From positions 59,272,001-59,336,000 of the forward strand of contig OX597815.1 in the NCBI GenBank assembly GCA_951406725.2: a DNA stretch of 64,000 nucleotides, read 5' to 3'. The notes below the pieces were generated by a model. The model was not told where the DNA came from. It was given only the letters and a program-made list of their open reading frames with translations, and did no database searches. Position 1 is the first letter of the stretch. Each line of letters starts with the position of its first letter. The translations under genes and the position numbers were made by a program. Of this stretch, positions 24,861 to 42,560 are shown piece by piece. The DNA is from Octopus vulgaris (lineage: Eukaryota).

Positions 24861-25747
24861 ATCCTGTGTCTGTTTGCTGTGGTGGTCTGGTATATAGTGG
24901 GTAGTCCCACCTGCGGGCTTGGGTTTGATGAAGCCAGGTCAGCTGCTGTACAATCTTTTGTGCCATGCACAAAAAAGATTGTTGCTCAGCAGCTACTCTT
25001 TCGACAACATCATGTTGGCGGTTTGTGGCGCGCACATCTGCGTACCTCCGCTTTGGGGTAGGTGGTGCGTGGCTCCATGTCCGTTCTCTTTTGTGTTGAT
25101 GGTCAGCTATCCATATTGTGATCCGAGAGTAGTGTCGGTGTCACTTTCACATTATGGATGAGATCCATGTCATTTGTGAAGCAGAGATCCAGTGTGTTAC
25201 CTGCCCTGGTTGGTTGGAGTATTACCTGCTCCATGTACAGGGTGTTGATGAGGTTCAGGAGGGACCTCGCCTGTCCTCGTTCACATCTTGTCATTCCTGG
25301 GCCATCTGACATTGGGCAGATTGAAGTCTCCCATAAGAAGCACACCTATGTGTTGTTCTAATGTGGTTAGAATTTCTTCTATTTTTATAAGGCAGTCTTC
25401 AAACTTGCCCACATGGCTTGGGGCATCTGGAGGGCGATATGTAGCACACACAACTACATCAAGTTGCCTAATATGTACAATTAGTGTGTCACACACCGAG
25501 TTTGAGTATGACAAAAGGACCTGGGGTGTGAGGTCCTCACGGATGTACATAGCAACACCTCCATGACTCCTTTCTTTCCTGTCGGTCCGTAGTACAGCAT
25601 ACTGTGGTATGTGTAACTCCGCATCTGCTATGTCCGGTTTCAGGTGCGTTTCCGTAAGTGCTATGCATAAGGCTTGATTGCATGCAACAAAGTCTCTCAG
25701 GAACGGGATCTTTGTCCTGTTACTGAGTGTTTGCAGTCCTCTGATGT

Positions 25748-26682
<935 letters not shown>

Positions 26683-26785
26683 CATATACATGTAATTATA
26701 TGTATATATATATACATATATATATATATACACATATATATATATGTATATATATACATATATATATATATACATATATATATAT

Positions 26786-27040
<255 letters not shown>

Positions 27041-27095
27041 ATATATACATATATATATATAAATATACATATATATATATAAATATATATATACA

Positions 27096-27476
27096 CTAGC
27101 AGTATCGCCCGGCGTTGCTCAGGTTTGTAAGGGAAATAACTATAAAGCATTTTAGAGAGTTATAGCCAAAAAATAGCAAAAAAATGGGAAAAAATGATGG
27201 TAAATTTTTTGAGAGTTAAAAAAGGTGGAGTTGCGTCCCCTAGACGGTCTGTGGTTTGTGTTTCTGATTCTCGACCCCATGTCGAATTTATCGATTTTTT
27301 TCAGAACTGGGGGAACTTTTCAAAATTTTCGCTGCGTTAGTTTTGAATTATGACATTGGGCTATGTGTGTGTCAAGTTTCATCAGAATCGGTTCAAAGCC
27401 GTGGTCAGGGTGAGGGTACGAGAAAACAGACACACAGAAACACGCACAGACAAACTGCCGTTTATATAGAGAGAGA
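27096..27476 (-). mobile_element. Non-autonomous Helitron-like element
   Basis: Minus strand begins TCTCTCTATATAAA and ends with hairpin cctgagcaacgccggg followed by CTAG; same 3' end as 53720-54018. Confidence 0.82.
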
Positions 27477-27511
27477 TATATACATATATATACATACATA
27501 TATATATATAC

Positions 27512-27552
<41 letters not shown>

Positions 27553-27619
27553 AATATACATATATATATATAAATATATATATACATATATACATATATA
27601 TACATACATATATATATAC

Positions 27620-27856
<237 letters not shown>

Positions 27857-27872
27857 TATATTATATATATAA

Positions 27873-28233
<361 letters not shown>

Positions 28234-28238
28234 TATAC

Positions 28239-28276
<38 letters not shown>

Positions 28277-28333
28277 CATACATATATACATACACACACA
28301 CACATATATATACATATATGTATACATTTTATG

Positions 28334-28373
<40 letters not shown>

Positions 28374-28393
28374 TGTTATATTACATATGTATA

Positions 28394-28427
<34 letters not shown>

Positions 28428-28467
28428 TGTATATACATATATATATATATATATATATACATATATG

Positions 28468-28505
<38 letters not shown>

Positions 28506-28507
28506 TG

Positions 28508-28893
<386 letters not shown>

Positions 28894-29015
28894 CATATAT
28901 ATATATATACATATATATACATATATATAACATATATATATACATATATATACATATATATATACATATATATATACATATATATATACATATATATATA
29001 TACATATATATATAT

Positions 29016-29518
<503 letters not shown>

Positions 29519-29519
29519 C

Positions 29520-29588
<69 letters not shown>

Positions 29589-29723
29589 TAATTAATTAAT
29601 AAGGGTGAGAGAATTAGATACTAATTTAATAGTATATCTATTCTACACCTAGTGGCCTAGTGCTCCGAGAAACCTGGATTATTATAATATTTTATAATAT
29701 ATTATAATATTTTTACAAAATAA

Positions 29724-29815
<92 letters not shown>

Positions 29816-29817
29816 AC

Positions 29818-29884
<67 letters not shown>

Positions 29885-29917
29885 CACATATATATATATA
29901 CATATATATATATACAT

Positions 29918-30785
29918 TCCAGGCCCTGCGCTACTGGCACACAAAGGTAAATGACGTGAAGACTGGATACACTGGCCCAGGAAGAATTGCAATCCCTGAG
30001 TCAAAATCAGTGCGTGACCTGGGCATTGACATGAGCAATGATGCATCTTTCCAAATGCATATTGCTAATCTGGTGATAAAATGCAGACGGCTAGCTGGAT
30101 GGATTCTCCGAACTTTCAGAACAAGAGAGAAGGAGACACTGATGGTCCTATGGAAAACATTTGTCCTCAGCCGCTTGGACTACTGCTCCCAACTTTGGTC
30201 ACCACACAATATAAAACAAACAGCAGAACTCGAAGCAACTCAGAGAAGCTACACAAAGAAAATCGTCTCAATGCAAAATGTCAGCTACTGGGAAAGACTG
30301 AAGGTATTAAACCTCTTCTCCCTGGAGCGGAGGCGGGAGAGATATGCAGTAATATACATCTGGAAAATCCTGGAGGGTCTTGTCCCAAACTTTGGCATTC
30401 AAAGTTACTCCAACCGCAGAACGGGGCGCCGCTGCGTGGTGCCAAGGATTCCAACATCACCATCAAAATACAGGTCCAGATACTGCAACAGCTTGGGTTT
30501 CAGAGGACCACAGCTTTTCAACATCCTCCCTAAATGCCTGAGAGACTTACATGGTGTGGATGTGGGTTTCTTTAAAACTAAACTGGATCTCTTCTTGTTG
30601 GGAGTCCCAGATGAACCTACCTCACGACAGGAGACACGGATGCGGGCAGCAGCATCGAACTCCCTTGTTGATCAAGTGCCACGTATCAGAGGTGGATTCA
30701 CAAACTAGTGTGGCTCATTCAGCGGTGGTGCCCCAGCATGGCCGCGGCCTTCGGGCTAAAACATTTTTAAGGATTTTAAGGATTA
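29918..30785 (+). mobile_element. 5'-truncated CR1/L2-group LINE, subfamily B 3' end
   Basis: 250-aa open C-terminus [26 protein letters not shown]; 3' ggtggtgccccagcatggccgcggccttcgggctaaaac plus (TTTTAAGGA)n tail. Confidence 0.92.
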
Positions 30786-31785
<1,000 letters not shown>

Positions 31786-31938
31786 TAATCAGCCGAAATT
31801 ACTACGATGATCCGGTTCTTGACTGAAGACTGAGTGTTTCGAATGTCCTGTCCGTGTTTATTGTATCGTTTTCTTGAGTTATACGTTCTTGTCCATGTTG
31901 TATTTTTCTACATACCTTAATATATATATATATATATA

Positions 31939-34020
31939 CATGAAAGACTGCTGAATGAGGAGAATGAATGGGAGGAGGAGAGCCTGCCAAATGTTGACCT
32001 AGTAGAGGGACCAGCTACCCGAATAGACAGCTCCCTTGTAGATAAGGCAATTAAGGATATGAAACCAGGCAAAGCCCCTGGCCTATCAGGAATCACTGCT
32101 GAGATGCTTAAAACAGCTGGCTATGTGGGCTATGCCATAGTCACCCGCATTGTAAACCAGGTAGTTCACAATGGAGTCATACCCAATGACTGGTGCAGCA
32201 GCACCATAGTCAACTGCTACAAGGGTAAGGGTGATGCTCTAGATAGAAATAACTACAGAGGTATCAAACTGTTGGACCAGGTGATGAAGGTCTCAGAGAA
32301 GGTCATAACCAATCTCATTAGGGAGAGAATTTGTTTAGATGAAATGCAGTTCGGTTTTGTACCAGGTAGAAGCACCACTGATGCTATATTCCTGGTCCGA
32401 CAACTGCAGGAGAAGTACCTAGCTAAAGATAAACCCCTCTACATAGCTTTTGTAGACTTGGAGAAAGCCTTTGACAGGGTTCCCCGTTCCCTTATCTGGT
32501 GGTCGATGCGGAAACTGGAGATTGAAGAATGGCTAATAAGGGCTGTACAGGCTCTATACAGAGAGGCTGTCAGCAAGGTTAGGATTGGCAACGAATATAG
32601 TGAAGAATTCCGGGTAGAAGTAGGTGTGCACCAGGGCTCAGCCCTCAGTCCCCTTTTATTCATCATAGTCCTTCAGGCAATAACAGAGGAATTCAAAACG
32701 GGATGCCCCTGGGAGCTCCTCTATACCGATGACCTAGCTCTCATAGCAGAATCACTACCGGAACTAGAAGAGAAATTTCGGGTGTGGAAGCAAGGGTTGG
32801 AATCAAAGGGCCTTAGAATAAATGTAGCAAAGACCAAAGTATTAGTAAGCAGCAAGAGGTACTCAGCACACATCCCCTCGGGTAGGTGGCCCTGCTCAAC
32901 CTGTAGGAAAGGTACAGGTAGAAACTCCATAAGATGCACCCAATGTAAGTTATGGACACATAAGAGGTGCAGCAACATTAAAGGGAAATTAACAGATAAG
33001 ATAGCTTTCATGTGCGGCAGATGCACAGGGACAATAGACACAACAGACACTCAGAAAACAGATTCCATCACACTCCAGGGAGAGAAACTAGAAGTAGTTG
33101 ATAGTTTCCGCTACCTGGGTGACCAAGTTAGTAGCGGAGGTGGATGCACAGAGAGTATCACCACTAGAATACGAATAGCCTGGGCAAAGTTCAGAAAGCT
33201 CCTACCCCTACTGGCAACAAAAGGTCTCTCCCTCAGAGCAAAAGGTAGATTGTATGATGCATGTGTGCGAACTGCCATGCTTCACGGTAATGAAACTTGG
33301 GCTGTGACTGCAGAAGACATGCGTAGACTTGAAAGAAATGAAGCTAGCATGATCCGCTGGATGTGTAGTGTCAGTGTGCATGCAAGACAGAGTGTAAGCA
33401 TCCTGAGAGAAATGCTGGATATAAGAAGCATCAGATGTGGTGTGCAAGAGCGACGCTTGCGATGGTATGGTCATGTGCTGCGGATGGATGAAGAAAGATG
33501 TGTGAAGAAGTGCCACTCCCAAACAGTTGAAGGTATCAGGGGGAGACCCAGGAAGACATGGGATGAGGTGGTCAAGCATGACCTCAGAGCATTGGGCCTC
33601 ACTGAGGCAATGGCGAAGGACCGAGATCTCTGGAGATATGCTGTGACTACAAAGACCCGGGCTGCTTTCTGCAGCAATTCCACATACCCCCTACCCATTC
33701 TAAGTACCCCGGATCCCCAAAGTACCCCGATCCCCAAAGTACCCCGGACCTCGTTGCCCCCGTGCCGCTGACACGTTAAAATGCTCGAACCGATCGTGAC
33801 CAATGCCAGACCCTCCGGCCCCTGTGCAGGTGGCACGTAAAAAGCACCCAATCCACTCACGGAGTGGTTGGCGTTAGGAAGGGCATCCAGCCATAGAAAC
33901 TCTGCCAGATTCAGACTGGAGCCTGGAGCGGCCCCTGGCTTCCCAGACCCGGTCGAACCGTCCAACCCGTGCTGGCGCGGAAAGCGGACGTTAAACGATG
34001 ATGATGATGATGATGATGAT
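31939..34020 (+). mobile_element. 5'-truncated RTE-type LINE with PHD finger inside RT
   Basis: Open ORF to 33771, 3'UTR and (GAT)n tail; flanked by (TA)n on both sides. Confidence 0.93.
32059..33771 (+). CDS. RTE reverse transcriptase with inserted C4HC3 PHD finger (N-terminally truncated)
   Basis: [56 protein letters not shown] at 32893-33024, FRYLG, GRPRKTW. Confidence 0.9.
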   Translation: MKPGKAPGLSGITAEMLKTAGYVGYAIVTRIVNQVVHNGVIPNDWCSSTIVNCYKGKGDALDRNNYRGIKLLDQVMKVSEKVITNLIRERICLDEMQFGFVPGRSTTDAIFLVRQLQEKYLAKDKPLYIAFVDLEKAFDRVPRSLIWWSMRKLEIEEWLIRAVQALYREAVSKVRIGNEYSEEFRVEVGVHQGSALSPLLFIIVLQAITEEFKTGCPWELLYTDDLALIAESLPELEEKFRVWKQGLESKGLRINVAKTKVLVSSKRYSAHIPSGRWPCSTCRKGTGRNSIRCTQCKLWTHKRCSNIKGKLTDKIAFMCGRCTGTIDTTDTQKTDSITLQGEKLEVVDSFRYLGDQVSSGGGCTESITTRIRIAWAKFRKLLPLLATKGLSLRAKGRLYDACVRTAMLHGNETWAVTAEDMRRLERNEASMIRWMCSVSVHARQSVSILREMLDIRSIRCGVQERRLRWYGHVLRMDEERCVKKCHSQTVEGIRGRPRKTWDEVVKHDLRALGLTEAMAKDRDLWRYAVTTKTRAAFCSNSTYPLPILSTPDPQSTPIPKVPRTSLPPCR

Positions 34021-34207
34021 ATATATACATATATATATATATACGTATATATATATATATATATTCATATATATATATACAAAAATATATATATGTATAT
34101 ATACGTATATATATATGTATATATACGTATATATATATGTATATATACGTATATATATATGTATATATACGTATATATATATGTATATATACGTATATAT
34201 ATATGTA

Positions 34208-35801
34208 TATACTTTGATACTTTGATAGGTTTCGGCCATTATTGGCCCAGGCCATGTCTAACTTAATAGCACCACCTGGTGAAGTCTTTCAAGTCAGAAT
34301 TTGGGCACTATGGCCCACTCAAGTAGAGAGTTATTGTTTACAGAGACATATCCGGGTGTAGGGGGTTTATCCGGGATTTCTTGAAGGAATCTGTCCAAAG
34401 ACTTCTTGAACCCTATAGGGTCAGTTTCTGTTTTAATGTGTTTTGGTGTAATGTTAAAGAGAGCGGGGCCAATTGAGGTGAAATAATTGTGCCGTATTGT
34501 TGTTATGAGATGAGAGTGCGATTTTTGTTTTGGGCGGATGGCACGGGGCCCAAGCCTTGGATGTACCTTAAAGGTGATGCCAACATCATTTGGGCAATGC
34601 TGATGGAATATTTTCCACATCATGCAGATGATGTAGCGCTCACGACGACGTTGGAGAGAATAGAGTTTTAGCTTTTCTAGTCGACCCCAATAGTCGAGGC
34701 CTGTCATGCCATCTATCTTTTTTGTGATTGCCCTTTGAGGTGCTTCAACTTTTATGATACCTTGTATTGTGTGGGGAGACCACAGTGGACAACAGTATTC
34801 AAGGTGGGGTCGGGCAAAAGTGGAGAAGAGAAGGATAATGGTGTGGATATCTCTCGACTGGAAAGTTCTGAGAATCCAGGAACACATTTTGCGGGCCATG
34901 TCAACTTTGGTGTTTATATGAGTGGCCCAGCTTATGTTGTTGTCCACAATTACTCCCAAGTCTCTGATGTTGTTGGACGCCACGAGAGTTTCACCTGAAG
35001 GAAGGGAGTATGGGAGTTTCAGGGCATCCTCTTTTCCAAAGTGGATTAGCTCAAATTTATCCTCGTTCAGCAGCATATTGTTTTTTTCTGCCCATTGGAT
35101 AACAGCCAGTAGATCTGACTGAAGGCATGTCTGGTCACTCGCCTCATTTATGACCTTCTGTAGCTTGGAGCCATCTGCAAAGATTTTTATGTTGCTGTGC
35201 TTGATGATGTCATTAATGTCATTAATGTAAATGATGAAAAGAAGTGGGCCCAGCACAGTGCCTTGCGGAACGCCACTACTGACTTTGGCTGGGCTTGATT
35301 TTACCCCTTCAACTACAACATGTTGAGATCTGTCTGTCAGGAAACACTTGATCCATTTCAGTAACTTTCCAGAGACACCAATGTTGGATAGTTTTTTCAA
35401 TAAGATCTTGTGATCGACCCTGTCGAAGGCCTTACTGAAATCAAGGTAGATGACATCGGTGTTGGAGCCCTCTCCCAAAGCTCTCAAAATGTCCTCAAAG
35501 TGATGCAGGAGCTGCGTTAGGCAGTCCCTTCCATTACGGAACCCATGTTGGTTGGAGATCAGCCGTCTGTTGCTTTCCAGAAATTGGTTATTCGAGATCT
35601 CACCACTCTCTCAAATACCTTGATGATATGAGAGGTGAGTGAGATCGGACGGTAATTCACTGCAAGGGACTTGTTTCCCTTTTTGAAAACTGGGACAACA
35701 GACTGGGACAGAAGGTTTTTTGGAATATAGCCAGCATCCAGTGAGTTTCTCCACAGATTAGCAAGGGGAGATGCAAGTTGGAGCAAGGGGAGATGCAAGT
35801 T
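34208..35801 (-). mobile_element. 5'-truncated CR1/L2-group LINE, subfamily C
   Basis: [10 protein letters not shown] (35559-35800), frameshift, then YLDFSKAFDRVDH, GVPQGTVLGPLLF, FADG (catalytic D lost), IPDKPPTPGY..NSL; 3' hairpin plus (TATCAAAG)n tail. Confidence 0.92.
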
Positions 35802-36573
<772 letters not shown>

Positions 36574-36705
36574 TAATAAAAAGAATTCCAACCTTGTCTG
36601 ATTTTCACGTTTTATTTACAATCTTATAATGATATATTATAAGATAATATATTATAATTGAATAAAATAAAATGAAATAGTAGAATGTTAAATATTCATT
36701 CTGAT

Positions 36706-36750
36706 TGAACTAGTACTTTCATGCATTGAATTCTGCAATCTTCGGGTTCA
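36706..36750 (-). ncRNA. Type I hammerhead motif in Penelope 3' pLTR (U4C variant)
   Basis: UGAAC-CCGAAGA-UUGCAGAAUUCAAUGCAU-GAAA-GUAC-UA-GUUCA; 5-bp stem I, AGUACU palindromic stem III. Confidence 0.75.
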
Positions 36751-37244
36751 TGTAGTAGTGTTGACAGTCATGCTTCACAATTTTTGACTGTAGCAAGATG
36801 AGTGATTCTGTGCTATAAATACAGCTGGGTAGGCTCCAGAGTGCTAGGTTTTGCAAACTGTATTCTGACCAATCAGTGTGTAGTATCACTCAATTACTTA
36901 AGCTGATTGGTTGGTTGAGCTGATTGGTTTAGGCATCATGCTTTGTTGGACAGGTCAAGAGTCCTGTATCTTGACCCTGGCCGAAGCAGCAATTGTTGGG
37001 TTATTTTTAGAAATGTTGTAAATATCCTTTGTCAGAGATTTTTATATTTTTATATTTCAATTGTCATCATCATCATTGTCAGCACCTTAATTATTGTTGC
37101 TAGTGGTGATGGTGGTGGCAATAGAGCTTTTAACCCTAAATAAGATAATTTTCCTGCTATCTTCGTCTTGATCACCTTTAGTATTGTTGTTGTTGTTAGT
37201 GGTCATGGTCGTAGCAGTGGAAGTAATACCTCTAAGTATTATTA

Positions 37245-38616
37245 TTATTGCTTATTTAGCTTGGGTTCGAATTTATCAATAAAATTCTTTTCTCTGATTT
37301 TCCTCTCGATTTCACTTGGGCTGTGTAATTTGTAGAATGGAAATATTATATATATTTTCCGACCACATGTTGCTAGGTGGTTACTCAAAGGTATCTGACG
37401 GACCTCTGGGTCTCTAATCTGTTGCCGGTGTACACGTGAGCGTTCTAATAGTGCGTTTCCCGTCTGACCTACATATATTTCTTCACAATTTGGGCATTTG
37501 ATGCAGTAAATTAAATTTCTGCTTTTGCAGTTCATATTCGCGTTTGTGAATATTTTCCCGGTTTTTGTGTTTATATATTGACCGGTATGTATGAATTGGC
37601 ATGTGCCACATCGGCTATCATTGCATTTAGATACCGTGAATGTTTGGTCTTTGTTGCTGAGGTCAAATTTTGCCTTTGTTAGTAATGTTTTCAAGTTTTT
37701 AGGCTGTCTTTTACTAAGCACCATAGCTCGATCCTTGATTATGTCTTTTAATTCATTACTTTGGGCAATGATTGGTAGGTGTGCTTTGGCAATGTTGAAG
37801 ATATTCTGGTGACATGGGTTGTGTGTCACTATGAATGGTATGACTTGTTCTTGTTTTCCTCTTCCTTGGGTTGTCCTAAGTTGTTGTATAGGTATTTTTA
37901 TAGCCCGCTGTATGCCATTTTCTATAAGTAGAGATGGGTATTTTTGTTTGTCAAAAATTCTCTTAGTTCTATTAGGCGTTTGTTCCTGATATTTGCATCT
38001 TCTACAATAGTACAAATTCTTCTGGCTAGGCAGTATGGGATGTTACGTTTTGTATGTGGTGGATGGCACGACTTAAAATTTAGGTATTGATGTGTGTCTG
38101 TGTGTTTATAGTATATATCTGTGGTGATGGTGGTGTCTTTTTTAATTACCATTATATCCAGGAATGGTAATTTGGTACTACTCATCTCCTTTGTAAATTT
38201 GAGAGATGGGTGTAGGTTGTTCAGGAGGATATTGAACTCTTCCAGAGTATTTAGAGATTCTGTCCAGATTATGAAACAGTCGTCTAGGTATCTCTTCCAT
38301 GCCTTTTCAATATACTTTCTAAATCCAGTGCCATAGTTTACCTCCACCTCTTGGTAGAGTTGTTCTTCTAAGTATCCCATTACAGAGTTGGCGTAAACGG
38401 GAGCAAACCTCGTTCCCATCGCCGTGCCTCTAATTTGGATGTAATTCTTTCCATTGAAGAAGAATGTGTTATTTTCTAGAATAAGTTTGACTGTGTCTAA
38501 TATAAATGGCACTGTGAATCTGCTGGGAATCACTTCTCTATGTTTTTCTAACCAGTATTTAATCGCCTTTATTCCTAAATCGTGTGGAATATTGGTGTAG
38601 AGGCTTACCACATCAT
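37245..38616 (-). pseudogene. Penelope polyprotein (RT-GIY-YIG), frameshifted
   Basis: ORF track 37922-38914 and 37245-38015 join into one Penelope-type protein. Confidence 0.9.
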
Positions 38617-39017
<401 letters not shown>

Positions 39018-39724
39018 AATCTTTAAATCCTTAAAAATGTTTTAGCCCGAAGGCCGCAGCCATGCTGGGGCACCACCGCTGAATGAGCTACACTAGTTTG
39101 TGAATCCACCTCTGACACGTGGCACTTGATCAACAAGGGAGTTCGATGCTGCTGCCCGCGTCCGCGTCTCCTGTCGTGAGGTAGGTTCATCTGGGACTCC
39201 CAACAATAAGAGATCCAGTTTAGTTTTAAAGAAACGCACATCCACACCATGTAAGTCTCTCAGGCATTTAGGGAGGATGTTAAAGAGCTCTGGTCCTCTG
39301 AAACCCAAGCTGTCGCAGTATCTGGACCTGTATTTTGATGGTGATGTTGGAATCCTTGGCACCACGCAGCGGCGCCCTGTTCTGCGGTTGGAGTAACTTT
39401 GAATGCCAAAGTTTGGGACAAGACCCTCCAGGATTTTGCAGATGTATATCACTGCATATCTCTCCCGCCTCCACTCCAGGGAGAAGAGGTTTAATACCTT
39501 CAGTCTTTCCCAGTAGCTGACATTTTGCATTGAGACGATTTTCTTTGTGTAGCTTCTCTGAATTGCTTCGAGTTCTGCTGTTTGTTTTATATTGTGTGGT
39601 GACCAAAGTTGGGAGCAGTAGTCCAAGTGGCTGAGGACGAATGTTTTCCATAGGACCATCAGTGTCTCCTTCTCTCTTGTTCTGAAAGTTCGGAGAATCC
39701 ATCAAGCTAGCCGTCTGCATTTGA
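39018..39724 (-). mobile_element. CR1/L2-group LINE subfamily B 3' fragment (inverted relative to 29918-30785)
   Basis: Translation nearly identical to 29956-30708; same 3' end. Confidence 0.92.
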
Positions 39725-39755
39725 TATATATATATATATATGTATATATATGTAT

Positions 39756-40890
39756 ATAAACTCTGAAAATATGCAGAGACCAACTTTTACCACGTTCCAG
39801 GGAGAAAAACTAGAAGTAGTTGATAGCTTCCACTACCTAGGTGACCAAGTCAGTAGCGGGGGCGGGTGTGCTGAAAGTGTAACTGCTAGAGTAAGAATAG
39901 CCTGGGCAAAGTTTAGAGAGCTCTTACCCCTGCTGGTGACAAAAGGCCTCTCGTTCAAAGTAAAAGGCAGACTGTATGATGCATGTGTACGTACAGCCAT
40001 GCTACATGGTAGTGAAACTTGGGCTGTGACTTCTGAGGATTTGCGTAAGCTCGCAAGAAATGAAGCTAGTATGCTCCGATGGATGTGTAATGTCAGTGTT
40101 CATAATCGACAGAGTGTAAGTACCTTGAGAGAAAAGTTGGACCTAAGAAGCATCAGTTGTGTGCAAGAGAGGCGATTGTGCTGGTATGGTCATGTGGCGA
40201 GAATGGATGAAGATAGGTGTGTGAGAAAGTCCCACACCCTGGCAGTTGAGGGGACCTGTGGAAGAGGTAGACCCATGAAAACCTGGGACGAGGTGGTGAA
40301 GCACGACCTTCGAACTTTAGGTCTCACCAAGGAAATGACTAGAGACTGAGACCTCTGGAAGTATGCTGTGCGTGAGAAGACCAGTCAGAATCAAAATCAA
40401 AATCAAACCAAATCAAATCAGATGTCAGAAAGCAGAACCAAAATTGAGGTCGATCAACATCAGTGGAAGTTGCAGCTGTGGTTAAGCGAACCATCCGATC
40501 GTGGTCGTTGCCGGCTCCGCCCCGTCTGGCCTCCGTGCCGGTGGCACGTAACAGCACCATCCGTTCGTGTCCGCTGCCAGCCTCGCCTGGCACGTAAAAG
40601 CACCATCCGTTTGTGTCCGTTTCCAGCCTCGCCTGGCCCCCGTGCCGGTGGCATGTGAAAGCACTATCCATTCGTGGCCGTTTGCCAGCTCCGTCTGGCA
40701 CCTGTGCCGGTGGCACGTAAAAAGCACCCACTACACTCACGGAGTGGTTGGTGTTAGGAAGGGCATCCGGCTGTAGAAACACTGCCAGATCAGACTGGGC
40801 CTGATGCAGCCTTCTGACTTCACAGACCCCAGTTGAACTGTCCAACCCATGCTAGCATGGAAAGCGGACGCTAAATGATGAAATGATGAT
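39756..40890 (+). mobile_element. RTE-PHD LINE 3' fragment with tandem 3'UTR units
   Basis: [33 protein letters not shown]; UTR repeats 40470-40730; (GAT) tail. Confidence 0.92.
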
Positions 40891-41517
<627 letters not shown>

Positions 41518-41520
<3 letters not shown>

Positions 41521-41738
41521 AAGAACTGAAGTGTGCTACTCGAAAGCGCACTGCTGATGTAGTGAATGGGGAAAGCTTGGTTTGCAATATTTGCAGTCGT
41601 GTATGCTTGTCAAGAGCAGGGCTCATTAGTCACCAACCATGCCACAAATGCAAAATATAGGTTAGTCCTAGAGCGCACAATGTCCCTGAAGGTCAACAAT
41701 GGTCTTCCTTGATCATGAGTGGACGACCATCATCATTA
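41518..41738 (+). mobile_element. 3' tip of an RTE LINE with C2H2-type finger and (CAT)n tail
   Basis: [18 protein letters not shown]; ends ggacgaccatcatcatt. Confidence 0.7.
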
Positions 41739-41803
41739 TATATTTATACATATATATATTCTAAACGACTGAAATGGAAAAACAGTGTATTGGGAACTTT
41801 ATT

Positions 41804-41912
41804 TATCACAACGATCGTTTTGGCATACTTTGCACTGCTCCTTTATGGGTCAGTAACAATATAATGAAGTCAAATGCATTACACAGTGAAGAAGAAACTT
41901 CATCAGGTGATA
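41804..41912 (-). ncRNA. Decayed type I hammerhead motif
   Basis: UAUCAC-CUGAUGA-(about 78 nt)-AAAA (GAAA mutated)-CGAUCG-UU-GUGAUA; 6-bp stem I, ACGAUCGU palindrome. Confidence 0.62.
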
Positions 41913-41969
41913 TAATTGTCTGCTAAGTTATAAAATTCACATTTTGCTCATAGGTTAAAATGAATGATG

Positions 41970-42560
41970 TTATTACTTCCGCCAAGGAAGGAGGTTATGT
42001 TTTCATCGGCATTGGTTTGTCCGTCTGTGTGCAAAATAACTCAAAAAGTTGTGAATGGTATTTGATGAAACTTGCAGGAAAAGTTGGTAATGAGATAAGC
42101 AACAGATGATGACATTTTGGTATTGATCTGGGAATTTTTATGGATTCTTGAAGGATTTTTCATTTCTTATATTTACTTTACATGAAATATTACAATGTTA
42201 CGTTCTTTGATTATCTCCCTTGAAAACATGTTCATCGCTTCCATATAACCTGTGGTGGCGTTGCTGTTTCCAAAGTTTTATTTTCGTTTCTCTATTAGTA
42301 ATTTTACTCATGTATCTATGAAGTCCTGAGGGATGATTGATACTATACTGACCACAGAGGGATGTAAAGTAGGTAGGTAGGTAGGTTTAATTACGTAAGT
42401 AGACAGATACCTCTTTTATCTTTGCTAAGGAATCATCTGACTATCATCCTTGGTGATTTCAATGTGGATCTCCTTGATTCCGCTAACAATGAGATCTTGA
42501 CAACTATGAACCAGTACCTATCTGTGACATTGAGTGTTATACAAATGTCAGAACCGGCCA
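41970..42560 (+). mobile_element. Helentron/DINE-1-like non-autonomous element with endonuclease scraps
   Basis: Start ttattacttccgccaagg..aggttatgttttc..tttgtccgtctgtgtgcaaaataactcaaaaag typical of HINE/DINE-1-like repeats; TIILGDFNVDLL at about 42440-42476. Confidence 0.55.

Larger units (their letters stand above)
36574..38616 (-). mobile_element. 5'-truncated Penelope-like element: RT + GIY-YIG + 3' pLTR
   Basis: [41 protein letters not shown]; one frameshift near 37960-38000; CxxxxCxxC linker; NLIYCIKC..YVGQTG..RSRVH. Confidence 0.95.
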
